Shown here piece after piece: positions 15,780 to 27,980 of a stretch of 64,000 nt of DNA. The position numbers and the translations under genes were made by a program. The notes under the pieces are model-generated. The model worked only from the letters and a program-made list of their open reading frames with translations, ran no database searches and was not told where the DNA came from. The stretch is from the human T2T-CHM13v2.0 reference genome, Homo sapiens, in assembly GCF_009914755.1 (NCBI RefSeq), contig NC_060925.1; one strand, written 5' to 3'. The first letter of the stretch is position 1. Every line of letters begins with the position of its first letter.

Positions 15780-17780
15780 AAATCTGTGCCAGACACCAAT
15801 GATACAATAATACAACAGATAGGGTCTCTACCCTCATAGAGTCACAGCCTAGTGGCATAGATGGACATTTCTCTAATAAGCCCTAACTGTATAATTAGAT
15901 ATCATCATGTGTGTTATGAAGAAAGCATACAGGACATTGTGAGAGTGTTTAACTGGGGCCTGGTAAAATTCTGAAGGTACAGGGATGCTTTTCTAAGGAA
16001 GGGCTACTTGAGCTGAGATCTGCAGGATAGCTAGTATTTAGGGAGGAGAAGGAAGGGATGGGAAGAGTGATTAAGGGCCAGGAAACAGCACATGTGAAGG
16101 CCATGAGGCCAAAAGGAGCTCAGCAGTCAAAGAGCTGAAAAAGGCCAGGGTGCAGAGTGCAGAGCATGAGGGAGGGGAGTGGGGATGCCTCAGTGCAGGC
16201 ACAGGTCAGATACCACAAGGGACCATCCCACTGGCCATCCTAAAGAGCATGGGAATCACTTAAGAGTGTTGAGAGTACAACATAATGTGACTAGGTCAGA
16301 TTTGTGTCCTTAAAAGGTCAGTCCAGCAGCAATTCAGAGACCCAGTTACCAAAGCCAGGGAACATTTTTTAGTTCTCAGAAGCATTTCCACTCTTGTTTT
16401 TTTTTTGTTTGTTTGTTTTTTTCTGACACTTTCTTTTCCCTTGGCTTCTCTGACAATTGGAGATGCAAGAGTGGATACAGCCATACCAATGAGAAGGTGA
16501 TTCCAGCAGCCTGAGGAAAAGGCAAAGTCAGCCTGAACTAGTGTGGAGGCTGTGGAGATGGGGAGGAGTGGAGTGGATGGACCCAGGTGCTGTTTAGGAG
16601 GTAGACAGGGCCTGGTGATGGGCTGGATGTAAGGCGGTAGAGAAAAGGGAAGAGCTGACAGTGACTCCCAGTTGATGGCGTGCAGAACTGAGGTTTGAGG
16701 TTATGCCATTCACAAAACAGGCAGCACTGGAGGAGGATCAGGCAGCGGGTGAGAAGGCAGTGGGAGATGTAGCAGGAGAATCACGACTCTGGCTTTCAGT
16801 ATGTCAAGTCTGAGGTTTCTTGAGACATCCAGCTTAGTCAGCTAGGCAGGTGAATATAAGGATATGGGGCTCAGAAGAAAAGACACCAACTAGGAAGCTG
16901 GGTGTCATCTGCATGTGGATGACAACGGAAGCCGTTCGTGTGGCTGAGATGGCCCAGGGACAGAGTATCCAATCAGAAGAGAATACCTTGAGCCAGACCA
17001 TAAGGAACACCAACATTTAAAGATCAAGACGGGAAGGATGAGTCAGCAAAGACGACTCAGGAGTACCAGAGAAGCCAAGAATGTGGGGTCAGAGAAGCCA
17101 AGGGAAAAGAAAGTGTCAAAAAAAAAAAATGAGTGGAAAATGCTTCTGAGAACTAAAAAATGTTCCCTGGCTTTAGCAATCTGGAGAGCTGCTTCAGCAG
17201 AGTGATGGGGGAGGAAGCCAGACTGAAGCAGGGCTGGGGAAGGAGTGGGTAGCACAGAGATGGAGAATGCTGTTGCAGCCAACCCTTTCAGACATTTGGC
17301 TTGTACGGAGAAGAGAGACAGTGTGGTGGCAGCAAGTGGAGTCGGGCTTCAGGAAGGTTTTTGTTGTTGTTTTGCTTGTTGAAGACATGAGAAACTTGAG
17401 CATGGTGAGAAGGCTGTTTCTGAGAAGGCAGAGGAGAGGACCTAGAACATGGGTGGTGGAAGAACTGGCCTGTGATGGCCATGCTGTGGCCTCTGCAGAC
17501 ACAGGAGGGAAGGAGGAGAGGACTGGCCCAGAGGCAGGTAGTTTGGGGGTTTGGTGGGGATAAGTTGGGGAGTTCTGCCTGGTGACTTCTCTTTCTCTGT
17601 GAAGTGGGAGGTGAGGTCCTCAGCTGAGCATGAGGGTGGAGGCAGAGGTTTGGGGAGGAAGGTGTGAAATAGTCATTGTGGAGACTGAGGGGAGACAGAA
17701 CCAGAGGAACGTGGTAGGAACACCAGGCACTTTTGAAGAGCAAGTTGGGTTGGTGATGGTGAGTTTGTAGAAGTAGCAAT

Positions 17781-17841
<61 letters not shown>

Positions 17842-18039
17842 AGCGGGTCCAGATTCCTGAATGCAGGTAGAAAGAAGCAGATAAAGCAATTAATCCAGAA
17901 CAGGGACTTGGTCAAACTAGGACAATAAAAAGACAGAGGCTCAAGAGAGTTTAGGATATTGGCAGGAGGATTCTTAAAAATGATGGACCATGGCCTCTAT
18001 CTGGACTCAGAGAAGGGAAGGCAGAGGAAGGTAATTGAT

Positions 18040-18072
<33 letters not shown>

Positions 18073-18400
18073 CAACGGTGCCAATGGAGCAAAGTTCCCA
18101 AAGAGATTAAAGAGTGGGGGTGTCATAGAACCCTCCCACTGCTAAATTTGACTGGCTAAAAAATAAGTGGTGGTGTGGGAGTCCTTGGACAAGCAAGCTG
18201 GGAAACTAAAAGGTGTAGAAGGTGATGACCAGAAAGTTGGGTACTCTGCTAGGTAATTTTCAGGGGATGGCAAGATACAGAGTGTGAACTTGCAAGTGAG
18301 TGGCTGAGATAGGTGAGCCCGTGAAGGGACTGTTGGGTCTGGGGTAGAAGAAGCTGTCCACATCGTCACTAATCTCACCCAGGATGATGGACAGACATAC
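15780..18400 (-). mobile_element. Long degraded L2 (boundaries approximate)
   Basis: L2 motifs (tgtgccagacac, ttgagctgagatctg, ggggctcagaagaaaaga, gtcatctgcatgtggatg); purine-rich plus strand. Confidence 0.7.
17786..17838. repeat. (TG)n microsatellite
   Basis: Seen directly. Confidence 0.97.
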
Positions 18401-20808
18401 AGTTGGAAAGGGAGAAGGTCTATGGGCACACGCCAAAGGCTTCCCTGAATGAAGAGGGTGGCTAGTGAGAATAAAGGTGAGTGGGGAGGATGTCGCCTTA
18501 TTTTGCGAGATTTGGGGAATAATCGTGTCTTAGAGACATTACATTCTCTTGCACATGAAGTAGCCCCTCCAGGGTGAAAGATCAGGAAAATCAGTGGAAG
18601 AAGGAGTCTTGAGAAGAGGTAGTAGGTATAGCACAAAGCCAGAAGTTAGGAGCTTTCTGTCTAGTCCCAAGGGCACTAATACGCTATGTGATCTCAAGTC
18701 CTTCCCCCTCCCCATTGCTTAAGTTTCTCATAGATTAAAAATAGATCGGGAGGACCGGCTAAGATAGGGCTCCCCAAGTGGGGCTAGGGAGCAACAAATG
18801 GGTACAGGTGTGCTGAGATCATGACCCTTTAGCCCTTGGGTCAATTGGGGTCCCTGAGCCATTATCACTGTGTTTCTGTGCTATAATGTGAATGAGGACA
18901 GTGAGAAAGCAGTGGGACAGATGCTCTCCAGGGCCCCAGCTATCTCTGACGTTCTGTTTGCACATCTCTGTCGCGCCGTCTTGGAGGAGGCTGCATGGAG
19001 GCTGATAGAAGAACAGACAGACTCCTGCTGCAGGCAGAAGTCCATCTGCTGGCAGAGATAGAAGCCAAGTTTCCTAGCTCCCTCTTGCTCTCCTTCCCTC
19101 CCTCCCAGCACTAGTTGAGGGAGCTGTGATCTGCTCAGATGCCCAGGTGAGAGCAGGTGCACCTTGCTCCTCTTCCAGCTGATAGTTGGGTGGTCACCGG
19201 CCCCCTCAAGCCTCAGTAGCAGCTTGTGAAAGTGAAGGAGCGACCACCCACTAGTTCCATCAATCATCCGCTTCATCCAGCTCTAAAAACAGACTCACCA
19301 TTTCTCAGAAGCTGGGCAGCATATCTCACTGCACACCATCCAGACAGAGCCTTCACAATGCAGATCTTTCTCTTAGGGCCAGCCACTTCTCAGAGATCCA
19401 CGTAAGATCCACATACATGGTTGACCGAGGGCCACCCCCTCTCTGCTACTAGCCTTCCGAAGGGCCCTCCCTCTCCCTCTGTCAGATGATATATGCTTAG
19501 AGAATGCACCAGCAACTTAAATTCACCCTAATCATAAAACACCAGGAAAGACCCACTTGGCCCTGTACTTTGTGCACAGTAGATGTTCAATAAACATTTA
19601 CTGAACTAAATGAAGACTATTCTCAAATATTTAAAAAACAATACCCTACCAAGTCTATCAGAATTCTTTAAATTATCCATCACATTATTCCTGTTTATTT
19701 GGGTAGATAATTAAAATATGACTTTTTAAGTTCTTTAATATTTATTGGTACCTACTGTGTGCCAAGCATTTTACAAGCATGAGCTGGTTTCATTTTCACA
19801 ACCCTGTGAACTGGGTGTGTTAAACCCATTTTATAGATAAGTGAAATGAGGCTCAATGAGAGATTGAGACACGTCCAGGGTCATAGAGCTGGGAAGCAGA
19901 AGCCACAGGATTCTAACCCAGATGGATCCAACTTTCAAGAAGGTGCTCTCTTCAGCACATCAGGCTGCTTCCCACAAACGCACAACAGATTGCAGCATCA
20001 AGAGTGACCGAAAGAGACAGAGGCAGCAAAGTTGTATGCAGGAAGACTGCAGCCACACAGTAAACCTGAGGCTTCCCACTGCCTTGCCCTGGGGAAATCG
20101 TTCTGAGGTTGGCTAAGCTTTGCCGAAGAAAAGTGGAGAGGGGTCTGGCCCCTGCTCCTCTCAGCCCCTGTGATTGCTAGGCTGGTTCTCCCCCTCCCCG
20201 CTTTTCCCCACTACCCAAGTGATCTGGCATTTCATTTAGGGCTGCCCTGCTTGGTTCTTTGAGTGTGTGAGAGGCCTAGAAGCAGCAAGGATCTGTCCTT
20301 GGATACTCTACTCCCACCCCTCTCCCCACAGGACCAAGTGACTCCTGGGCCCAGGTACCCTTTTGTTCTCAGGGCCCAGGAAACAGATAGGAGAGTGGTG
20401 GAAAACATGAGTGGTCTGACCTGCCACGTTTGAATGCGGCTGTCAGCCCCCCATGCCTGCCCAAATCTGCCTGACAGGTGAGCAGCTGTGCACCATATCT
20501 GTCTGTCCATCTGTCTCCCTCTCAGGGGCCTGCAGAGAGCCAATACTCCTCAGGGAGGGGAGGCCCTGGACCTGAAGCAGCTCCCTTACTTTGGATGTTA
20601 CTCAGCAGGGACTAGGAAGGGTGGGGCAGGATAAGTGTGCCTCTGTCCCCATCCAAAATCTGACCCACCCCCCACCACCAACTGCCAAGTCCCCCTCACT
20701 GCCTCCCCTCCCCTCCCCTCCTCACTACTCTCCCAGCTCTTCCTGCCAAGCTCTGCAAATTACCACACATGCCAATAAGTCATTAGAAACCAGAACGGCA
20801 AATGTGAG

Positions 20809-20822
20809 GTTGCCATGGAGAC
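20809..20822. promoter_or_regulatory. RFX X-box
   Basis: GTTGCCATGGAGAC, with CCAAT ~35 bp upstream. Confidence 0.45.
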
Positions 20823-21668
20823 CAACACCGGGGAGCTGGCAGCCCTGGGGGCCGGCCGGTGGCTCAGGTGTGTTTCAGGGAGAGCTGGGAAGGTCAAAAT
20901 GCCTGGCAGAGGGTATACGCACTACTGGGGCACTGATTTTAGGCAAGGATCTGCCTCTGCCTGCTTCTCCTCTCCCTTCCCTCCCACAGCCCTGGGTCCT
21001 GCCCACCTGCAGCTTGTTATGGGTGATAAATGCTGCATAAGCTTCACGAGGGCAGGTGCAGCCTGGGCCAGTGGGCTGGGTCCTCTCCTTTCCCAGAGCT
21101 GTGTCTCCACTCAGAGCAGGTGGCTGTGAGAAAGCCCACCTGGTGACCAGTTCCAGGACAAAGAACACGGACAGATCTGAGCAACCTGGGCTGGCTGCGG
21201 ATGTTTGGAGAAAGCTGAGGCCCAGGAAGGGGCTGAGGTCAGGACTGGAACTCAGAGCTGCTCATCTTCCTGCGCCAGTGCTCACGTCGCCTCTGCCCAG
21301 TTCTTAGCACAGTGCTTGGGCCTTTATATGCACACGTTTGTTGAAAATGTAAAAATATACACATACAATTGTTGTAACGGACGAGTTCATGAGAGAATTC
21401 ATGTAAGCATCTGGGATTTCTGACAAAACAGGAGTGGACCGTGGGTTGCAGTCCCGGCTCATCCACTAACTCAGCATGACCTCACACAAAACCACTCCTT
21501 CCTGGGCCTCGATTTCATTGTCTGGAGAATTAGCAGGTTGCATTTCAGACACGCTGTATTTCAAACCAGGCTTCTCGGAGCCACCGAGTTCTGAAGCAAT
21601 CCCTCCGGGGTGGCTGGGAGGTCAGAAGGAGGCCAACTGGGTTCTGGTCCACCGCTTGGCTTTTGCCT

Positions 21669-22172
21669 TGTATTTAGTTTCCTGATGCTGCTGTGAGCAA
21701 AGGACCACAAACTTAGTGGCTATAAACAACACAGATGTATTCTCTTACAGTTCTGGAGGCCAGAAGTCCAAAATGGGTCTCCCCGGCTTCAAGCTAGGTG
21801 TCGGTAGGGTTGTGTTTCTTTCTGGAGGCTGGAGGAGAGACTCTGTTTCCTGGACTTTCCCAGCTTCTTAGACAGGAATCTAGAGGCTGCTCACAGGCCC
21901 TGGCCCATGGCCCCTTCCATCTTCAACACCAGCACTGGCAGGTCCAGCCTTTCACACATGGCATTACCCAGATGCTGACTTCTGCCTCCTTCTTCCACCT
22001 TTAAAGGACCCATGTGATTACACTGGGCCCACCCAGATAATCCAGGATAATTTATTCTTAAGCCAGATATCAGCAATCTTCTTTCTCCCTTGTCATGGAA
22101 CATAACATATTCACAGGTTCTAGGGATTAGTATATGGACATCTTAGGGGGCCCATTATTCTGCCTACCATAC
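21669..22172 (-). mobile_element. MLT1 (MaLR) solo LTR
   Basis: tgtatttagtttcct...ctcttacagttctggaggccagaagtcc...ccattattctgcctaccataca. Confidence 0.85.
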
Positions 22173-22538
22173 ATTGAAAAATGGATTAACTTCTGTAAAT
22201 GTTTGAAAGCCACAGAACCAGAGCGCTTCCTGTTGCCATCAGTTCTGATGCACTATGACCTAAGCTCTTCTCCTTTTCTCCATGGGGGATATGCAGAGGA
22301 ACTCTGGGTCTGCCCATCAGAGGTGAATGTTGGCAGGCTTAGGCTGTTTTGTGGGCTGTGCAGAGAGATGGGTCTCTATGCCCACCAGAAAAGAGGTCTC
22401 CGGGGAGGAAAGAATGAGGACTGTTTTAGGGGAATGGCCCTGTCTCAGCTCCTTCACCTCCATTCCCTATATACCCTGAAATTCAGATGACCCTGCAGTT
22501 GTCTGCTCATTTTTATTTCCATGCAAGGTTACATGGAG

Positions 22539-22539
<1 letters not shown>

Positions 22540-22572
<33 letters not shown>
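22540..22572. repeat. (GT)n microsatellite
   Basis: Seen directly. Confidence 0.95.
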
Positions 22573-22574
<2 letters not shown>

Positions 22575-23244
22575 CCACCCATGCACACTTTACCTGTTGC
22601 AAAAGGCATGCCAATCTAACAGTCATAAAGGTGAGATAGCATCTTGTCTTTCCACACTTTGACCTTCAACACTGTCCTCTTCCAAGATTCATGAACAGTC
22701 CCAGATTGTTTAGAACAAACTCTAGATACAGTAGCTAAGCTCAGAAAACATAGGATCTTAGACCTTTCTGAGCTTAGGTACTGCTTCTGCTAGCAACTTT
22801 CCAGGCCCATAATGATCAACTCTCGCCTCTGCAGGTGAGACAGGCTCTTTCTTGACCCTGGGGGAGATGATGGCCTCTCATTCTTCCATACAGCATAACC
22901 TCTGTTCTCATCTCTGCAAGACACCCTCTGCCAACTGCTTGGGACCCAGTGGGGCTCAATAACTTCTATGAGCAAGGTGCCCTGGGCATTAATCACAGCC
23001 CCGGTGTTTTATGATTTTATGCAAATTACTCACCTCTCTTAGCCTTATTTTCTTCCCTCGGTATAAACTGGCAGCTCATTCCCATTCCCACTTCTATCAT
23101 ATGTCCCAGGGGATCCCGGAAAAGAAATGTGATGAGGTAGGAGAACCCTATTCTCTAGAGGAGTGGCCCTGGGGAAATTGAGAAAAGGAACTAACATTTA
23201 TTGAGCTTCTACTTTGTAGCAGGTACTTTACACAGATTAGCTCA

Positions 23245-23580
23245 TTTAATGTGGTAGTTGAGAATCAGGGCTCTGGAGTCAGAAAGATTTGGGGGCTGAA
23301 TTCTGGCTCTGCCACTTGCTGGCTGTGCATGGCCTCCAGGCTTTAGTTTCCTCAACTGCAAAATGGGGGAAAATAATATCTACTTCACAGCGTTATGTGG
23401 ACGAAATGAGACAAATGCAGTGAAGCTTCTGGCACCTCATAAGCACTCAATAACGTTAGCTCTTATTATTATTAACAACCCTAGGAAGTGGATGTTATTA
23501 ACTCAGATTTACAGATGAGGAAACTGAGGCTCGGAAAGGTTAAGATGCCCAAGGGCAGGTGGCTAGGGACTGTGAATTCT
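23245..23580. mobile_element. Two MIRs in opposite orientation
   Basis: tctgccacttgctggctgtg...agtttcctc (+) then acagatgaggaaactgaggc (-). Confidence 0.75.
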
Positions 23581-24849
23581 GACCCAATGCCAACTGATTC
23601 CACTTCCTCTGGATTGTAAGCCATAAGGACAAAAGCCCCAGGGTCAGCCTCTGCGTCTTCCAGGGGGTTGTGCTGGGGTACAGCGGGTGTGCCCCCCTTT
23701 CTCATGGGGGCTGGGGGCAGGGAGGAGAGCATCGCCCCCCATGTCTTGGGTGGGTGAGGGCACTACCAATGGATCCTAGTCTACTCCACTCTGGTGATCT
23801 CTCTCTATACTTCAGAGGTGAGTTCATATCCCCAAGATCCAGGGAGAGGACACACTCACCCCTCATGGGGGTGGAAGTTTGCTCATTTTGGTGCAATTTT
23901 ATTTCCAGTTCACAATATCTGAAACGACCAGGAATGTTATAGGAGTAACCTACCAAACAGGAGCCCACCCAGGCAGTGAAAGGAAGGGAGAAGAGAAGCT
24001 GCTGCAGCCTGGGTAGATACATGGAGCCTAAGGGAATTCCAGAGAACATGGCTCCAGACACCAGTGAACTAAGAGGCCGAGATTCCCAGCATGCAGACCT
24101 GGGACAACGGCCGGAGCTGGAAATGGGACTCCATGAAGCCAGAGGACTTCCAAGATCAGAGATCATCTGGTCTCGGGCAGGAGAGGGCAAGGACACTGGA
24201 TAATGGATTTCCTTCTGGAAAGGGTGGCTTTCCGTGTCTCTGGAAAGAGTACAGGGGGCATTGGAAACCCAGGTGGGAGGCAGGGACTGCTCAGAGACAG
24301 AAGACCCTGCCCTTGCACGTTGCCACGTGGGCTGCCTTACTCCCACTCAGTGACCTCCCCTCCAGCAGCACCACCCTTCTCTCCTCTCACCCTGCCAGCT
24401 CCAAGTTCTCCGTGCGAGAATCCTTCCCACTGCAGAGTCGAATCTACTCCATTTTCCAAGCCTAAATCAGCCGCGCCCCCCTGAGGAAGCGTTCCCTATA
24501 TAACTCCCACACAGAGCTCACAGTTCTGATAACATTTATAGTCTAAATCACACAGTTTAGCACTCGGTTTTAAATACTGTCTGGTATTATTCCCTCATTA
24601 TTTCTTGTGAGTGTAAGTTCTGCCTCCCCAGCTGATCAGTAGGTTTCCTTACCAGTAAAGACTGTGTCCTGTGCTTTTTTATTTCCTTCCCAACCTCACA
24701 CCCCACACTGCCTAGGACAGTGCTCAGAGCATCCTTGGTGGGGATGTACTGATTGGCTGAAACAGCTCCAATGGCTGCAGAGGGCAACCAGGCAGCACTT
24801 CCTGACTAGCCGCTGAGGGAAAAGCTGGAATGGATGGCCAACGACCAGT

Positions 24850-25410
24850 GGTGTTAAAAAGTCAAATCATGCCGCCCCAGGCTCCAACCCTGCAAGAGCC
24901 CATCTTACTCTGAGGAAAAAATCCCCCTCCTCACCAGCTCCAGACCTCTCCTAGAGCTAACCTCCTCCTGACCCTCTGACTTTATCTCCTGCAACTCTCT
25001 GCCCTCACCACACTCCAGCCACGCCAGCCTCCACGCCGCCTCTGACTCTCCAGGCACAGCCCTGCATCCCTGCCCTTGCACCTGCTGTCCCCTCTGCCCA
25101 GCTTGCCCCGACTGTGGTGCCACCCCCTCATCTCTCCTCAGATATCACCTTCTCAGTGAGGTCTCTGTAGCCACCCTGCACAAGATAACAAACTCCCCCT
25201 CTCCCAACTGACTCTTCCATTTCCCTTCCCTGTTTTTTCTCTTTAGCACTTACCAGCCTCCAATGTGCCATTTCCTTTATGAGTCTATTTTACTGCATCC
25301 CCAGACAATAAACTAAAAGCTCCTGAAGGGCAGAGGTCTGTCTGGTCATTCACTGCTGTCTGCCCTCAGTGCCTGGCTACATGCCTCACAAATACTTGCT
25401 GAACGAAGAG
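24850..25410 (+). mobile_element. L2 3' fragment
   Basis: cacactccagccacgccagcctcc...tcaccttctcagtgagg...aaatacttgctgaa. Confidence 0.75.
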
Positions 25411-27358
25411 ACTCCAGCCCCATCCCATGTCTGAGATGGCTGAGGCATGGTGGCGCTCGAGATGGGCAGTGGACAGGATGATTCTGCAGGTCCCCTCGCA
25501 ATGTAGATTCCACCATTCAACCCCTGGGCCCAATTCTGGGCAGGCACTTTCTCAGGCTCGAGGCCTGAAGCTGTCTGAGCCCCAGCAGAAGGCAGGGGAA
25601 GAGGAGTGGTGACAGCCAGGCAGGGTGAAGTGTCAAATTCTCTCTTTCCTCCTACACAGCTTTTAAATGTCTCACTTCCCACCAGCTGGCCCTCTGTGGT
25701 CATTCCCCCTTCTGGGCATCACCACCTCTGCCCTCCCAAGCCAAAGACAGATACTTTCATCGACCACGTTTGAATGCTTATTTTGAGAACATTTTAGAGA
25801 GCAAAGTAACCTTTGCTGCCTTTCTTTTCTCTTCCTCCTTTTTCCTTCCCCCTGAAAAGATCAGATAGGACAGACCCATTCTTCCTGGGGAACCCAGGCT
25901 GGTTGCTAATAATCACTGCCCTGCCCCCTTCTTCCATATGTTTTTCCCTGAAGAAGCTGCCTTGTGAGATGTTTGTAAATAGGAACAATTGTACCTGTTC
26001 TTCCTGAAATACACGAGTCTGCCTTGTTAGAGCTATCCCACTGACAGCACAAATCCCAAGCCTTCCCCATCTCTCTCCACCTTATCTGGAGTCTAGGCCC
26101 CATTCTCACGTCTCCCAGCAAGCCACCCTTGCATTGGTTCCCACCATGTGTCCATGGGCACTGACTCTTAAGGTCCAGCTTCTCTGAGGATAGTGGCTCC
26201 ATGTGGCCCCGAGGCACTTAGCTGAGACAGAAGGAAACAATGTTGGATCTTAAATATCACACCCTGCAGGAGCAGGAGGAAAAAAAAGGTCACAGAGACC
26301 CTCTCTGAAGATCCCGAAAAGGAGACAGGCAGCCACTGGCTTGGGCAGGGCTGGCTTAGGGGACTTTCTTCCTGGAGGGAGGGAAGGAGGAGAATGGGCT
26401 GGATGTCCCAGAGCACCCTCCAGGCCCAAGGAACACCAGATTCCGGGGTGGTGAAGAAGCAGGAGGAGTCCTAAAGTCAGAGAGAAGGGCTAACTCCCTC
26501 CCTTGGATCTTTCCTAGCTATATGTCCTTGAGCAAGTCTGAGTCTGTTTCTTGGCTTTTTAGGTTAGGGATAATGAGAGTTAACTACCTATCTAATAGGG
26601 GTACTTTTGAAAGCTTAATGGGATAATGCAGGTAAAGCAGTTGGCACAGTGCCTGGCACACAGTAAATGCTCAATAAATGCTGGGTATCATAATTAGTGT
26701 TGTTACCACGTGAGAGGTAGAAGCTGAGAAACAGTTATTGCCCCAGGAACCCTCTGTCTGCACTTTATCTTGGAACTCGCTTCAGGTCCATCAAATGCTG
26801 AGTAGCAGGGAAGGTGTGGGTGCAAGAAACACACAGAAAAAAACGAATTCCAAACCAAACCTGGTTAAACTCACCTCCTAAAAGGCAGCCCCCTCAGGCC
26901 AAGGCGTCTCCCAGGTCCCTAAGAAGTGCCAGAAGGCAGAGTGCAAGGCCTAGCAGCTCTGGGTTTGGAGCAGAGTCTGCTTGATGCGGGCTTAGAACGT
27001 GCAGGAGCCCAAGGTCATGAGGCTAACCCCCAGCAGGGATGCACCAGGTCCCCTGCACCAAGACATGTGGGAATGTTCTGGGCGACCAGCCAGCCCCACT
27101 GGAAGCCCAGCTCCCAGCTCTGGAGAAAAAGAGGCTGAGAGGGACGTGTCAGCGGTGATGGTGACATTCACAAAGAGCAATGAACACATACACACCCTGG
27201 TATCTTTTCATGCACGATACCTGTGCCCCAAATACCCTCATCACCTGTGTCCCCAGACCCACCATCTCTGCCTGGTTGACTCTTTTTCAAGCCTTGGTTC
27301 AAATATCACATCATTTGGCAACCCTTTCCTAATCCGCAAACAGCAAACAGAGAGTCAC

Positions 27359-27648
<290 letters not shown>

Positions 27649-27727
27649 TGAGAGTCGCCTTTTTATCTGCTTATCCCTATAGTCCAACACTTGTTTCATT
27701 ATTGTCTATGGGACTGACTCCCCCATC

Positions 27728-27980
27728 TAATAATAATAACAATAATAATATTACTTACATAGCACTTACTATATATATACCAGATACTGTTCTAAGCTCA
27801 TTACATGTATCACCTCATGTAGTCCTCATGACAGCTTTATGAAGTAGGTACTTTTATTATCCCATTTATAGATGAGGAAACTGAGACGAAGAGAGGTTAC
27901 GTGACCTGCTCAATGTCACCCAGCTAGAAGTGGTGAAGCCTGGATTTGAACTCCAGCTGTGTGGCTCTAGAATCTCTACT
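27728..27980 (-). mobile_element. MIR with (AAT)n tail
   Basis: ccattttatagatgaggaaactgag core. Confidence 0.85.

Noticed and set aside
23702-24465. 214-aa and 124-aa ORFs in apparently unique sequence
   Set aside because: No recognisable domain and no convincing splice structure; lengths are compatible with chance.
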